Source: Octopus vulgaris (Eukaryota). From it: DNA of 64,000 nt. Position 1 is the first letter of the stretch, and every line of letters begins with the position of its first letter. The notes under the pieces were generated by a model. The model saw only the letters and a list, made by a program, of their open reading frames with translations. It was not told the DNA's origin and made no database searches. Below, one piece after another: positions 14,206-28,027 of the stretch. A program made the translations under genes and the position numbers. The stretch is taken from contig OX597819.1 of the NCBI GenBank assembly GCA_951406725.2, positions 33,728,001 to 33,792,000 on the forward strand. Reading direction: 5' to 3'.

Positions 14206-14518
14206 AATGTAAAGCTTTGTAAAAGCTTTGTTGTGTTAAGTACTGGTTGTCACAAAATATTACAATACATATATACATCCTTTGATAATAATAATAAAAT
14301 GTTAAAAACAGTTTACAAGGGAAAATCTTGAGAAAATATAAAAAAATTTAACAAGTTCATTAAAATATTGGGCACAAAAGATTACAATACATATATACAT
14401 TCTTTGATAATAATAAGAAAATATTAAAAACAGTTTACAGAAAGAATTATTAAAAAGTTTAGAGGAATATTGGTATTGTATCTATATATATATATATATA
14501 TACACAGAAAATTATAAG

Positions 14519-14774
<256 letters not shown>

Positions 14775-14843
14775 TAATTTTACTCTGCTATGTATTGAGT
14801 ACCTTACTTACTGTGGTTAACCCCGAATCAACCCGGGACCTAC

Positions 14844-14876
<33 letters not shown>

Positions 14877-15607
14877 TATACATATATCTCTAATTTAATA
14901 TAATATTATATATATATATATATTATATTAAATTAGTATATATGTGTATATATATATATATAAAGAGGTTTCAGGCCAGCAGTGTTTGGGGTCTGAAGAT
15001 ACGCCATAATGCTAAACCTCTTATGAGCAAGAAACCCAGGGTAACCTCATTTGATTTGTTAGAAATAGAAGCCAAGTTTTCTTCCAATCTGGTCCATCAT
15101 ACCATCTTGGAAAATGTAATTGCACATTGGACAATATAGTCTTGGATATAAAAATAAACAAGATACCCAATGCGCTTCTCTTCCAGATTTATTCATTTCT
15201 ACAAACGATCCTTGTGTGTGCGCGCGTGTGTGTGTGTGTGTGTGTGCGTATTCTTTTATTCTTTCAGTCATTTGACCACAGCCATGCTGGATCACTGCCT
15301 GAAAGGGTTTTAGCCGAAGAAAAATTAAAAACTTAAACTATCTAATTTCAACTAATTAAATTTTGATGCAAAATATAGTGATAATATCGCTAAGTATTAT
15401 TACTATATCTTCCTGTTTCTGTGGAGAGGAGTCTGGCTAGAGATAAGAAGAGTTTAACAAAATATAAGTGCAATAAAATTAAGAAGTGGTTTTTCACTTG
15501 GATAAAAATAGTGGCTGGTGTGATAAGAAGTTTGTCTCCCCAACATATGGTTTCAGGTTCAGTCCCACTGAATGGCACCTTTGGCAATTATTATCTTCTA
15601 GCATAAC

Positions 15608-15668
<61 letters not shown>

Positions 15669-16079
15669 TGTGTTTACAGTTTTCTTGCTTTGACGTCACC
15701 CGATAGATGTAAACAACTACCATCATGCAACTAATGTCTTTCATTTATAATCATCTGTGAAAACATCTATGATTATAGGAAAATATTATACTACATGGAA
15801 ACAGGTCATGGTTGGTGATAGAAAGAGCATCTGACAATAGAAAAATCAACTTCAACAAATTTCATATGAGGCATGTGAGAATGGAAAAGTGAACATAACA
15901 ATAATGGAGATGCTGATGTCACAAAAAGAAAGGTTGGATAGTTTTAGGTTTATCCACCTAAACACACCACAGAATAAACAGTACACAGAAACAAAAACTT
16001 GCCTAAGCACTATACAGTGAGGAACATCCTATTGAGTGTAAAGTTGTAAAGTGGGAGACAAAGCATGTATCAAGTTTAT

Positions 16080-16470
16080 TACTCTTTTACTTGTTTCAGC
16101 CATTTGAGTGTAGCCATGCTGGAGCATCGCCTTTAGTCAAGCAAATCGGCCCCAGCACTTATTCTTTGTAAGCCTAGTACTTATTCTATTGGTCTATTTT
16201 GCTGAACCGCTAAGTTACAGGGATGTAAACACACCAACATCGGTTGTCAAGTAATGTCGGGGGAACAAACACAAACACATACACACACATACATATATTC
16301 ATATATACGACGGGCTTCTTTCAGTTTCCGTCTACCAAATCCACTCACAAGGGCTTTGGTCGGCCCAAGGCTATAGTAGAAGACACTTGCCCAAGGTGCC
16401 ATGCAGTGGGACTGAACCCGAAACCATATAGTCTGTAAGCAAGCTACTTACCACACAGCCACTCCTACGT
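16080..16470 (-). mobile_element. SINE family A
   Basis: Same consensus, full length. Confidence 0.8.
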
Positions 16471-16882
16471 ATGTGTCAAGTTTATTACTGTTGTTTAGCA
16501 AGCCAATGTGCAATTACATTTTCCAAGATGGTATGATGGACCAGATCAGAAGAAAATTTGGCTGCTATTTCTAACAAATCGAATGACCATGTAGAGGCTT
16601 TCCTCTGCAACTTATTTTACCAAAACACTACGTTATTACATCTTGTTGTCTAAATTAAGACAGGATAGAGAGGTCAATTTATCTTTCTAGATCAGCATCT
16701 TTGATTTTTAATACAAAGTCTGTTAGAGGATAATGATGTCTAAGGAGTTGCGATCTTTTAAAACTCTGTTTAACTATTCGAAAGATAATGTCCTGGCTAA
16801 ACAAGGTTGGTTTCCATAGTGACTTTCAATTTCTTGATAAAAAAAAACTATATCTTTTCTTATAAAATAAAATTACTTTTCT

Positions 16883-16939
<57 letters not shown>

Positions 16940-17178
16940 TGTGTGTGAGGTGCTACTTCTCATATGACAATCATTAGCAGAAACAGGTCCAGGCATGGTT
17001 GGGTGATTAAGAAGTTTGTTTCACAACCACATGGTTCTGAGTTCAATATGTACTGTGTGACACACTCAGCAAATGGCTTCTATTATAGCATTGATCATTA
17101 CTTTAAGAGTAGAATTTAGTGGACAGAAATTCTATGGAAGTGTGTGTGTGTGTGGGGGGTAAAATATTTATATAAACA

Positions 17179-17571
17179 CTAGCAGTATCGCCCGGCGTTG
17201 CTCGGGTTTGTAAGGGAAATAACTATATAAGCATTTTTAGAGATGTAAAGTATAACAGCCATCTCAAAATGGCTAACCACAAAGGGGAGTGTTACTGTAG
17301 CTTTTTACGTTCTGAGATTTAATAATACATTTTTAGAGAGTTACTTCCCTTATATAATAGCAAAAAATGCATTAAAAATGGGAAAAATGATGGTAAATTT
17401 TTTTTTAAATCGTAGACTCATCGTAGACGCGTGCTAATACCCAGAAGGGCTCGATATGAATCACAACTATAAGATACCCGCTTTTGGTTACACTGCACCG
17501 CAAAATGTGGGAGTAGTTAGGAATCTAAATCGTAGGAGACAGACACACAACTTCACTTTTATATATAAAGA
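17179..17571 (-). mobile_element. Non-autonomous Helitron
   Basis: Same termini as 7807-8202 (CTAGcagtatcgcccggcgttgctcggg...tatatataaaGA). Confidence 0.75.
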
Positions 17572-18567
17572 TATTTGGACAGGGGACACACACACAGGGC
17601 ACATTTTGTTTGACAAATGGAAGATAAGAGAAAGAGAAATAATATATATTAACAACAGGGGCAGTATTAATATACTTTCTTCTATAGGCACAAGTCCTGA
17701 AATTGCAGGATGGGACTAGTCAGTCACATTGACCTCAGTGTCTTACTGGTACTAAATTTATTGACCTCAAAAGGATGAAAGGTAAAGTCAACCTTGGTGG
17801 AATTTGAACTCAACATAGCAACAGGCAATATATCACTAAGCATTTTGCCCAGCATGCTAACGATTCTGCCAAGCTTGCCACATTAAAGAGGCAGAAGCTC
17901 TATTAATATCATGATGTAATAATTATCCCCACTTAAAAAAAGTGGTTGTTCTATTAGAACAAACTATACTGTGGTAGATACCATGAGAGAAACTTTCATA
18001 TTGGCATTTGACGAAAAATACACTCTTGCTTATATCCAGTTCTCTCATGGTATTTACCACTGTATAATCTTTTCTAACATAATGTCTATGTTTAAGTGGG
18101 GATAAAAAAAGATAAATAAATATGTAAAATACGTAGCTACACACAAACATGTAGATATCATTCTCCAAAATATATCAGTGGAGGCACATGGCCTAGTGGT
18201 TAGAGCAGCAGACTCACGGTCAAGGGATCGCGGGTTCGAATCTCACACCGGGCGATGTGTGTGTTTATGAGTGAAACACCTAAGCTCCACACGGTTCCGG
18301 CAGAAGGTAATGGCGAACTTCTGCTGACTCTTTCGCCAGAACTTTCTCTCATTCTTTCCTCCTGAATCTTGCAGCTCAACTGCGACGGACCAGCATCCCG
18401 TCCAGGTGGGGAACCTATACACCAAGGAAACCGGGAAAATGGCCCTAATGAGCCAGGCATGGTTCAAGAAGGAATAAACAAAATATATCAGCAAAAGATG
18501 CAAACATCAATGAGAGATTTTTCAAAAGAAGTCCCTTGCCATATTCGTTTCGTACTTGTTTACTGAC

Positions 18568-18780
18568 AATTCAATTCAATTTTTATTGGCTCAAAAAGCA
18601 AAAGCAAGGCCATGTAGGGGGACAGGGAGTTATGTACAGGGAGGGTGGTCATAGAAAGAGTTCAGGCCATTTCTGATCAGGAGAGACTTTGAACCGAGCG
18701 GTTGTTGGCATCTTCACTATCTCGTCCGGCAGCTTATTCCTAGGATCCGCAACCCGGACGGAGAAAGCCCCTCTCCTTCG
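18568..18780 (-). mobile_element. 5'-truncated CR1-clade LINE 3' end with (TTGAA)n tail
   Basis: Minus strand RRRGAFSVRVADP.NKLPDEIVKMPTTARFKVS.DQKWPELF*, then aataaaaattgaattgaattg. Confidence 0.7.
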
Positions 18781-18876
18781 AGGGGCTTTCTCGACACTTC
18801 CTTGTCACTCTCAATGTCAGAACAGTCAATCAGTAATTAATTGGTGACTTGGAAAACTCCTGACAAATGACACTAA

Positions 18877-19256
18877 TCTCTCTATATAAACGGCAGTTTG
18901 TCTGTGTGTGTTTCTGTGTGTCTGTTAGGTTGTACCCTCACCCTGACCACGGCTTTCAACCGATTCTGATGAAACTTGACACACACATAGCCCAATGTCA
19001 TAATTCAAAACTAACACAGCGAAAATTTTGAAAAGTTCCCCCAGTTCTGAAAAAAATCGATAAATTCGACATGGGGTCGAGAATCAGAAACACAAACCAC
19101 AGACTGTCTAGGGGACGCAACTCGACCTTTTTAACTAAAAAAAAATTTACCATAATTTTTTCCCATTTTTTGGCTATTTTTTTGGCTATAACTCTCTAAA
19201 AATGCTTTATAGTTATTTCCCTTACAAACCCGAGCAACGTCGGGCAATACTGCTAG
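18877..19256 (+). mobile_element. Non-autonomous Helitron, related 3' end with different internal sequence
   Basis: a|TCtctctatataaa...cccgagcaacgtcggg hairpin...tgCTAG|t. Confidence 0.75.
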
Positions 19257-19285
19257 TTGTGATATAAAACTGAGATATAAAATAC

Positions 19286-19414
19286 CTGCAAGCTGTCTCG
19301 ATATAATGAATGACCTTGAAATGATTGCAGGCAGTTGTACCGGTCCCTGAAAACATGTAGTTGTTCTCGTAATAAACTATTTTCAAGAATCAGCGAGTGT
19401 TTTTCTTCTTCGAG
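19286..19414 (-). CDS. PLEKHH1/2: PLEKHH coding exon (coiled coil)
   Basis: Poly-T+acAG acceptor, CAG|GTAT donor. 129 bp, phase 0-0, LEEEKHSLILENSLLREQLHVFRDRYNCLQSFQGHSLYRDSLQ, continuing ...KLEQ|LEEE as in family members. Confidence 0.85.
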
Positions 19415-19853
19415 CTGTAAAAAAAAAAAAAAAGGTGAGATTATATGTTAGCAGTAAATACAGATATGTGATATAAATTAAAATTTACTATTTTAGTAGT
19501 GATCACCACAAACTGTTTAATCCTCTCAGACCTGGGCCCCTGTATCTAACTTTACCCTCCACATGGGAATCCAAGCAAAGAAAAGAAATAAACAGTTACA
19601 TCTACAACTCAAGAGAAATGGTTACAGACAAACTAATGGACAGAATCGGCTGCATCTTCTTTTTCTGTATGTATCATTTATTACTCAGAAATATTAAATT
19701 TCTAAATGTCTCAAAGAGACATGAGCGGTGGTTGAGCGATAGAGTGGTTGTATACCGTCAACTTAACGTAACAGTCTCGTATGGGAATTACACCACCACT
19801 GTTTAGCCCCTTTATTACTGCTTTACAAGAAATCTGGTAGAGATGATGTTTAA

Positions 19854-20074
19854 CCCTTTCATTACTGTATTTATTTTGAGATGCTCTGTGTTTCTTTCAA
19901 TTATTTTAAATGTAACAAAGAATTTAGTAAAATAACTTGGTTATCATTAAGCTAGTGTTAGGAACATAAATTGCGACTAAGGTTTGGTGTAAGATTTTAA
20001 TTCAAGACTTATGAAAACAAAATATTTGTACTATAGAGCCAGAGCCGGTTTTGGCCGGGTTGGTAACGAAAGGG
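19854..20074. mobile_element. piggyBac-like MITE with TTAA TSD (related copies at about 430-650, 680-909 and 13840-14040)
   Basis: TTAA|CCCTTTC(a)TTAC...GTAACGAAAGGG|TTAA. Confidence 0.75.
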
Positions 20075-21324
20075 TTAACCTATTCCCATTATAGCAGGAA
20101 TATGGCGTGACAGGGTTGAATATCAAACCATTTAGATTCATACGATAACCCTTTAGCATTTAAATCAGCCATATCCAGCCCAAATACTTAACCTGTTTTA
20201 TGTTCAAACTGGCCAGATCTGGCCCCCTGTACCTACCGTAAAAGGCTATTTTAAAAATAAGCAATCTCATCATCAACATCTCAAAGCTATGAAGATAATA
20301 CATTGTTAATTCAAAACAACCTGAATAAATAGGCATTACATTTGACAGAGCAATCTGAATGGTAAAAGGATAACAGTTCCAATGGGTTTCTTGCTGGCTT
20401 GAAAATAAACTTTGCCTCATTTAATAAAATTTGTAAACAAGGAAAAGACCTTTGGCAATATGCTGTGCTTGAGAAGACCTGTCAAGCCAAGTGAAACCAC
20501 AGTCATGGCCAATACCAGTGTTGTGTAACTGGCACCTGTATTAGTAGCACATAATAAGCACCCTGTAAATGTTGAGCAATATGCTGTGCTTGAGAAGACC
20601 ATCAAACCAAGTGAAGCCATAGTCAGAGTCATGGCCGATGCCAGTGTCCCATTGCTGGCACTTGTGCTGGTGGCATGTAAAAAGCACTCTTTGAACGTTG
20701 GGACTGACAGAGGCAGTGACAAGTGACTGAGACCCTTGGTGATATATCAGGCTTGAGAAGACCTGTTAAGCCAAGTGAGATCAAAGTCATGGTTGATGCT
20801 GGTGTTATGTAACTGGCACATAATATATCAGTGGAAGCACATGGCCTAGTGGTTAGAGCAGCGGACTCGCGGTCAAGGGATCACGGGTTCGAATCTCACA
20901 CCGGGCGATGTGTGTGTTAATGAGCGAAACACTTAAGCTCCACACGGTTCCGGAGTAGTTGGCATTAGGAATGGTATCCAGCTGTAGAAAACCATGCCAA
21001 ATCAGATTGCATCTTGGTGCAGCTCCCCAGCTTACCAGTTTTTCAGTCAAACCATCCAACCCATGCCAGTATGGAAAACAGACATTAAATGATGCTGATG
21101 ATGATGACGAAAAGATTAGAAATTTGAGCTGCAATATTTCTGTTATGTTTCTCTTATTATTTTAGCTTGCCTTTGGCAATCTTTAATCTTGAGCTTTCTA
21201 TGTAGATTGTTGTAATTTGCCAAATGTCCGTTGAGGAAGTAAACATTTGTTTCATCTTGTTCTGCTACTGTTCTTCCCGCTGGCTACTACAATCTAGCAC
21301 CAATTTCTCACTCAATTCTTTTTG

Positions 21325-21992
21325 TTTTACTTGTTTCAGTCATTTGACTGCGGCCATGCTGGAGCATCCCCTTTTAGTCAAGCAAATCGACCCCAGGACT
21401 TATTCTTTATAAGCCTAGCACTTATTCTATCGGTCTCTCTTGCCGAAGCCCTAAGTTACGGAGACGTAAACACACCAGCATCAGTTGTCAAGTATTGTCG
21501 GCGAAACAAACACAGACACACAAACACACACACATATATATATACATATACATATATATGATTGGCTTCTTTCAGTTTCTGTCTATCAAATCCACTCACA
21601 TGGCTTTGGTCGGCCCGAGGCTATAGTAGAAGACACTTGCCCAAAGTGCGACACAGTGGGACTGAACCCAGGACCATGTAGTTGGTAAGCAAGCTACTTA
21701 CCACACAGCCACTCCTGCGTCTTGCTAAAATTCATTTTCAATACTTGCCTGTTTATTTTGTTTTTTACCTCTTGTTTCAGTCATTTGACTGTGGCCATGC
21801 TGGAGCACCACCATGTAGAAATTTTTGGTCAAATGAATTGACCCCAGTACTTAACTTTTGTTAAAACTGGTACTTATTTTATCAGTCACTTATTGCTGAA
21901 CCTCTAGGTTATAGAGACATAAACACACCAACATCAGTTTAATAAGTGTTAGTGGTGGATAAACATAGACACAAACACACATACACACACAC

Positions 21993-22030
<38 letters not shown>

Positions 22031-22190
22031 TGGTCTACTTTCAATTTCCATCTACCAAATCCACCCACAAAGCTTTGGTCAGTCTGCAGAATAGTAAAAG
22101 ACATTTGCCCAAGGTTCCACACAATTGGACTGATCCCAGAACCACAAGGTTGAGAAGAAAGCTTCTTACAACACAGCTATATTTGCACCT
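21325..22190 (-). mobile_element. Two tandem SINE family A copies (21325-21720, 21765-22190)
   Basis: Same consensus; the second copy is more diverged. Confidence 0.8.
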
Positions 22191-22191
22191 A

Positions 22192-22239
<48 letters not shown>

Positions 22240-22859
22240 TACATACACACACATGTGTGTGTGCTTTTGTGTCTGTCCACACTAATTGCTTGGCAATCAG
22301 TGTTGGTTTGTTTATGATCCTGTAACCTAGTGGTTCAGCAAGTGACTGATGGAATTAATAGCAGGATTAAAAAATAATTACTAGGGTTGATTCGTTCAAC
22401 TAAAACCCTTCAAGATGGTCACCCACCATGGCTGCAGTCTCTGATTTAGTATGTATGCTTACATGGGCGAGAATGCAGCTGAGAAGGATAGTTTGGGAAG
22501 AGATAATATGTTCTTTAATAGTGTATTTTATTAGTAGTACTAATTAGAATGGCTGATCAGTGAATGAATACAGCCCCTTGAATAGCAATAGCAGAGGTGG
22601 CAGCATTTTATGTCCACTTTCCATAATAGTATGGACATGATGGTTTGAAAGGATCTAACACACTGGAGGGCCACATCTTGCTTCAATGTCTGCTTTGGTA
22701 TGGTTTCTAACACTACATGCCCATCCTAACACCAACCACTCTTAGGAAGTAAGTAGCTTATATTTTAAATTCATCACAGAATATTCTGAAACTGGGAAAA
22801 GTATGTCAAATAATTTTTAATAAATCAGTGATCTTAAAATACCTTGATATAAACAGCAT

Positions 22860-23185
22860 CCCTAATACAGAGCTGGTGTCACTAAAACAGTGTTGTGGGA
22901 CAGTAATATACAGTTGATACAACTAATATAGAATTAGTGGCACTAATGCAGAATTAGTATCAGCAATAAAATGTAGGTTTGTTACCACTAATATAAAGCT
23001 AGTAACATGAATGTACGGTTGGTACTGTTAATATAAAGTTAGTGGCACTAATGTAGAGTTGGTACCATAATATAAAGCTAGTGACACAAAGGAAAAGTTG
23101 ATGCCACTAATATAAAGCTAGTGGTACTAATGTAGCATTGGTATCACTTATCAAGAGTGGCTGGTACTAATATAGAGTTAGTGGA
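22860..23185. repeat. Degenerate minisatellite with a 20-bp unit
   Basis: About 16 units like cactaatatagagttagtgg, alternating in a 40-bp dimer. Confidence 0.7.
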
Positions 23186-23504
23186 GACACATGGCCTAGT
23201 GGTTAGAGCAGCGGACTGGTGGTTGAGGGATCACGGGTTCGCATCTCAGACTGGGCAATGTGTGTGTTTATGAGCAAAATACCTAAGCTCCACGCAGCCC
23301 CAGCAGAAGATAATGGCGAACTTCTGTTGACTCTTTCACCACAACTTTCTCTCACTCTTTTCTCCTGCATCTTGCAGCTCACCTGTGATGGATCGGCATC
23401 CTGTCAAGGTGAGGAACCTATACACCAAGGAAACCGGGAAACCGGCCCTAATGAGCCAGGTGTAGCTTCAGAACAATATAGAGTTGATGCTTCATATAGA
23501 TATA

Positions 23505-23946
23505 GGTGCAGGCATAGCTGTGTGGTAACAAGCTTGCTTCCCAACTACATGGTTCCAGGATAAGTCTCACTGCATGGAACCTTGCACAAGTGTCTTCTAT
23601 TATAGCCTTGGGCTGACCAGAACCTTATAAGTGGATTTGGTAAACTGAAACTGAAAGAAGATTGTTTATGTATGTGTGTATGTGTGTGTGTGTGTGTGTT
23701 GTATGCATATATATCTATGTATGTGTGTCCTTGTGTCAGTGTTTGTCCACCACTCGCACCACTTGACAACTAGTGTTGGTGTGTTTACATACCCATAATT
23801 TAGCAATTCGGCAAAAAAAGATCGACAGATTAAGTACCAGGCTTAAAAATGAGAAGGCCCAGAGTTGATTTGTTTGACTAAAACCCTTCAAGGCAGTGCC
23901 CCAGCATGGCCACAGTCTTATGACTGAAACAAGTAAAAGTTAAAAG
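23505..23946 (+). mobile_element. SINE family A (diverged)
   Basis: Same consensus. Confidence 0.75.
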
Positions 23947-26529
23947 ATACAGAGTTAGTACCACCTGCATACAAGTGGCACATCTCATATAAAGATGATG
24001 CCACTAGTCGAAAAGTGGTATCATTAGGCCAGTTATTTTATTATCATTTTCTTTCTTTTTCCTTCTATATTTGAAAAATTAACAAAAATTAAAAACTGAA
24101 AAAAATATTTGTTACTTTAAAATTTGAAATCATTTGGAGAAAGAAATTTAAGAATTTATGTTGTTTTTATTTTTATTTTTAAAAGTATTTTATTTGAAAT
24201 GAAAAATGTATATTTATATTTATATTTATATTTTTAAAAATATTATTCTATCTGAAATGAAAAATGAAATAAGGGTATGGAAATGTAGAAACAGAATGGT
24301 AATAGAAGTTGAAAAAAATCCTCTGAGACAACTTTTAAGATATCACTTTCAAACCAAAATTATGAACCTAACATCAGAGAACCGAAATAGGATGTGTGAA
24401 CTAACATTAAGAACATTTTTATGTTTAAACTTCCAATATCCAATCAGCAAGATTATGATGACATCTTAGATCAGATATTCAGAGGTGATTAAGGTCAGTG
24501 AACTTCTGAAAGGCCTTGTTATCAAAAGGCTATTTCAACCTTATCTGTTCCTTTTGACATACTTTCCATATTCTAAGTGCAATTTCAGTTCAAAGAGATA
24601 AAAATTTGAGCCAACATATTTGAAATGAAAACAGAAAGCAAAATGTTAAGAAGGCAGAGCATAATTCTGTCCAGGGTTCAAAGAAAAAATGCAATTAAAT
24701 CATTTCTTTCCTTCATATTCTGTTGAAGATATATGCAGTTTATGCTGCTCAATAAAATGGAAACCTTATGCAGTATTGGACCTGTTATCCAGCTTTCAGA
24801 AATCCAGGGAGATTGTGCAATGCTATGCAATATTACTGTACCCTGTCTTGAGTAAATAAACCCTATTTTTGAAGTTAGTTAATCTGCACGCAGTGTGTTA
24901 AAAATAGCTTTTTTTTATATGTTGACTGATAAAAATTAAAGATATTCAGATTAAGAAATGTATTAACTTGTAAGTATATGAGTTAAATAAAATCATGTTC
25001 TTTACTTTTCATCCTATAAACATTATAGCTGTACCCATGGCACAGTATGATATATCTTAAGAATTTTAAGTGGATTACTAAATAACAAATAGACCCTACT
25101 TTAGTAAAGTATTATTCTGAATCTGTTAAAGACTAGAAACTGAAACATCTGGAAATATGTGTCACTTCTGGTTCCAAGATTGCTAGATATTTTGTCTGGT
25201 GCTGTACAAGAAAAGGATATGGACCAAATTTTACAAAACAATTACTTGAGTTACTTTCAAATAATTTAGTTTCAGTTTCTCTGATAATCCATTTCATAAT
25301 TAATTCCGAAATGTGCTTCAAAAGACTTAGTAATATTGTTATTTTGGTTGATATTATGGTAAATACTTGTAAAGGCACATGGCTTAGTGATTACCAAGTT
25401 GGAATCGTGGTTTCGATTCCCAGACTGGGCATTGTGAGTGTTTATTGAGCAAAAACACCTAAAGCTCCACGAGGCTCCGGCAGGGGATGGTGGCGATCCC
25501 TACTGTACTCTTTCGCTACAACTTTCTCTCACTCTTTCTTCTGTTGGCCTGCTCACTTAGCCAGCGGGGTGGCATCATTTGAAGGCTAAAACAATGCGAA
25601 GCACATTGTGACCAGCGATGTGTAGCAACATCTGATAGCCTGATCGATCACGGGGATCATGGTGATTATGGTAAATACTTGTAAAGGTACATGGCTTAGT
25701 GATTACAAAGTTGGAATCATGATCATAAGATTATGGTTCGATTCCTGGTCCAGGTGATGCGGTATGTTCTTGAGCAAAACACTTCATTTCATTTTGCTCC
25801 AGTCCACCCAGCTGGTAAAAATGCATAATCCAGTGACGGACTGGTGTTTTGTCCAGGGAGAAATATATATAACAGAGAAACTGGGAAACCAGTCCTATGC
25901 TCCTTACAAAGTGATCTGGACTAACCAACTATAACCAGAGTAAGCACTCTAGAAGAGAATTTGGTTTCTTGAGCCAGTGTGCCCGTTTTGATCTCTAGCT
26001 CACTTATACAAATAACAACACCGAGGAAGACATAATGTTGCAATATGCAATTTTCTTTGAACTCCCTTTTAAATGAGAGGACTTATGTTTAAATATGGAA
26101 TCAAGTTATACATCATGAAGATAACATTGAAGATACATCTACAAGATGTTCAGTATAGCATTATTTTTGTTTGAATGTATGTGTGTGTGTGTGTGTGTGT
26201 GTCTACATATGTCCACATACATGTGTGTGTCTGTGTGTGTGTGTGAGAGAGAATATATGCATATATAGGCATAGACATATAAAAATGTATACATATTTTA
26301 TACATATATAGTAAAGGAATGGGCTCTCCTGTTTTGTTTTTTCTATATTTTCTGTACGTACTCTGTGATCTTCTCAACTAAAGAAATCAGTGAAAGGAAA
26401 CTTGAACCATAATACAAGTTCTTGAAGTTTTATCTTTTGAAGTATGACACATATAGGATTCTCAATATTGGTTATATGTCATACAATTTAAATTGCACTA
26501 AGTAAGAGCATGAAAATTTATATGTGTGA

Positions 26530-26573
<44 letters not shown>

Positions 26574-28027
26574 GCAAATATATGCACGCACACACACACA
26601 CACATATATATATATAAAGAGGTTTCAAGCCAGCAGTGTTTAGGGTCTAAACCCCTTATGAGCAAGAAACCCAGGATAACCTCATTTTAATTACTAGAAA
26701 TAGCAGCCAAGTTTTCTTCCAATCTGGTCCATCATACCATCTTGGAAAATGTAATTGCAAATTGGACAATATAGTCTTGGATATAAAAATAAACAAGATA
26801 CCCAATGTGCTTCTCCTCTGGATTTATGTATTTCTACAAAGATCCTTATGTGTGTGTGTGTGTGTGTGTATTCTTTTATTCTTTCAGGTGTTGACAGTCT
26901 GGTTTTCTGTTTTGTTTGGGGTTTTTTTCCCCCCAGAAAATGTATTTTGTGGAATCTTGTAGATGTTCTTCCTTATTTAAAAGAGTAAAGCATTATTTGA
27001 GAAATATCTGATTATTCATTGTACAACTTCATAGAAGCTTGCTGGTCAGCTTGACAACATACATTTAGTAATGTCACCAGGCAATAAAAATCCAATGCAA
27101 AGTATGTGACAGCTACCATTCATGTATATTTATCCGAAATTCTGATTATAAAATGGAGATAAATAAAGAATGTCCAAATGAATCTCCTCAGTTTGGTAAA
27201 TATAAACAGATGTTATGAATGAAATAAAAGGGAGCTGTGAAATTTGAGTCAACATTGAGGAAATCCATAACCTAAGAGAATGTTATGCTATAATCATGCT
27301 ATGGTGTTTCATGCTTCAGAATATAATGGATGTTATTCGATAATTCGGAGTGTATAGTGAGAATATCAAGTGCATAAGTATATATAATAGTGTAAAGCAG
27401 ATTATGCAGGGTGATGCAAAAATCACTTGCTCCCCAACCACATAGTTCTGAGTTCAGTCCCACTGCATAGCATCTTGGGCAAATGTCTTCTACAATAGCC
27501 TCAGCCTGACGAAAGCCTCATGAGTGGATTTGGAAACTGAAAGAAACCTATCGTATATATATATATATATAGATAAAAGTATATAAATGGTACAACAAGG
27601 CACCAATATATATATATTTATGTGTGTTTGTCCCCCTGCCATCCCTTGACAAGTGATGCTGATGTGTATATGTTCCCATAACTTAGGGGTTGAACAAAAG
27701 AGACCAATAGAATAAGTACTAGGCTGATAAGGAGTAAGTCCTAGGATTGATTTCTTTGATGGTAAACCCTTTAAAGCAGTACTCCAGCATGGCCACATTC
27801 AAATGAATGAAACAAGCAAAAGAATAAAAGAATATATACTGGATTTTGGAAATTACTTACAATTAATTGTGAAATATAATGTCCCATAAATTCCTTTCTG
27901 TGTGAACCTTGTCAAGGCAGTATTTCAGAACAGTTTGTAATGTAACTGGTGCCAGCTCTCAAATATTATTCTTTAGCTCCTCGAATGCAACTTTCTGGAC
28001 GCTGATACTCCAGAACCCTCTCATGAT

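Noticed and set aside
18179-18255. tRNA-like sequences at SINE heads (also about 43530-43604 and 57000-57073)
   Set aside because: They continue into SINE bodies and lack a complete acceptor stem; not tRNA genes.
18761-18792. Rho-independent terminator
   Set aside because: Eukaryotic intron with no U-tract; explained as a LINE junction fold-back.
21160-21325. Coiled-coil-looking minus-strand stretch as an extra exon
   Set aside because: Stops in all three frames and no clear splice sites.
22860-23185. CRISPR-like array
   Set aside because: Units abut with no unique spacers, the context is eukaryotic and there are no cas genes.
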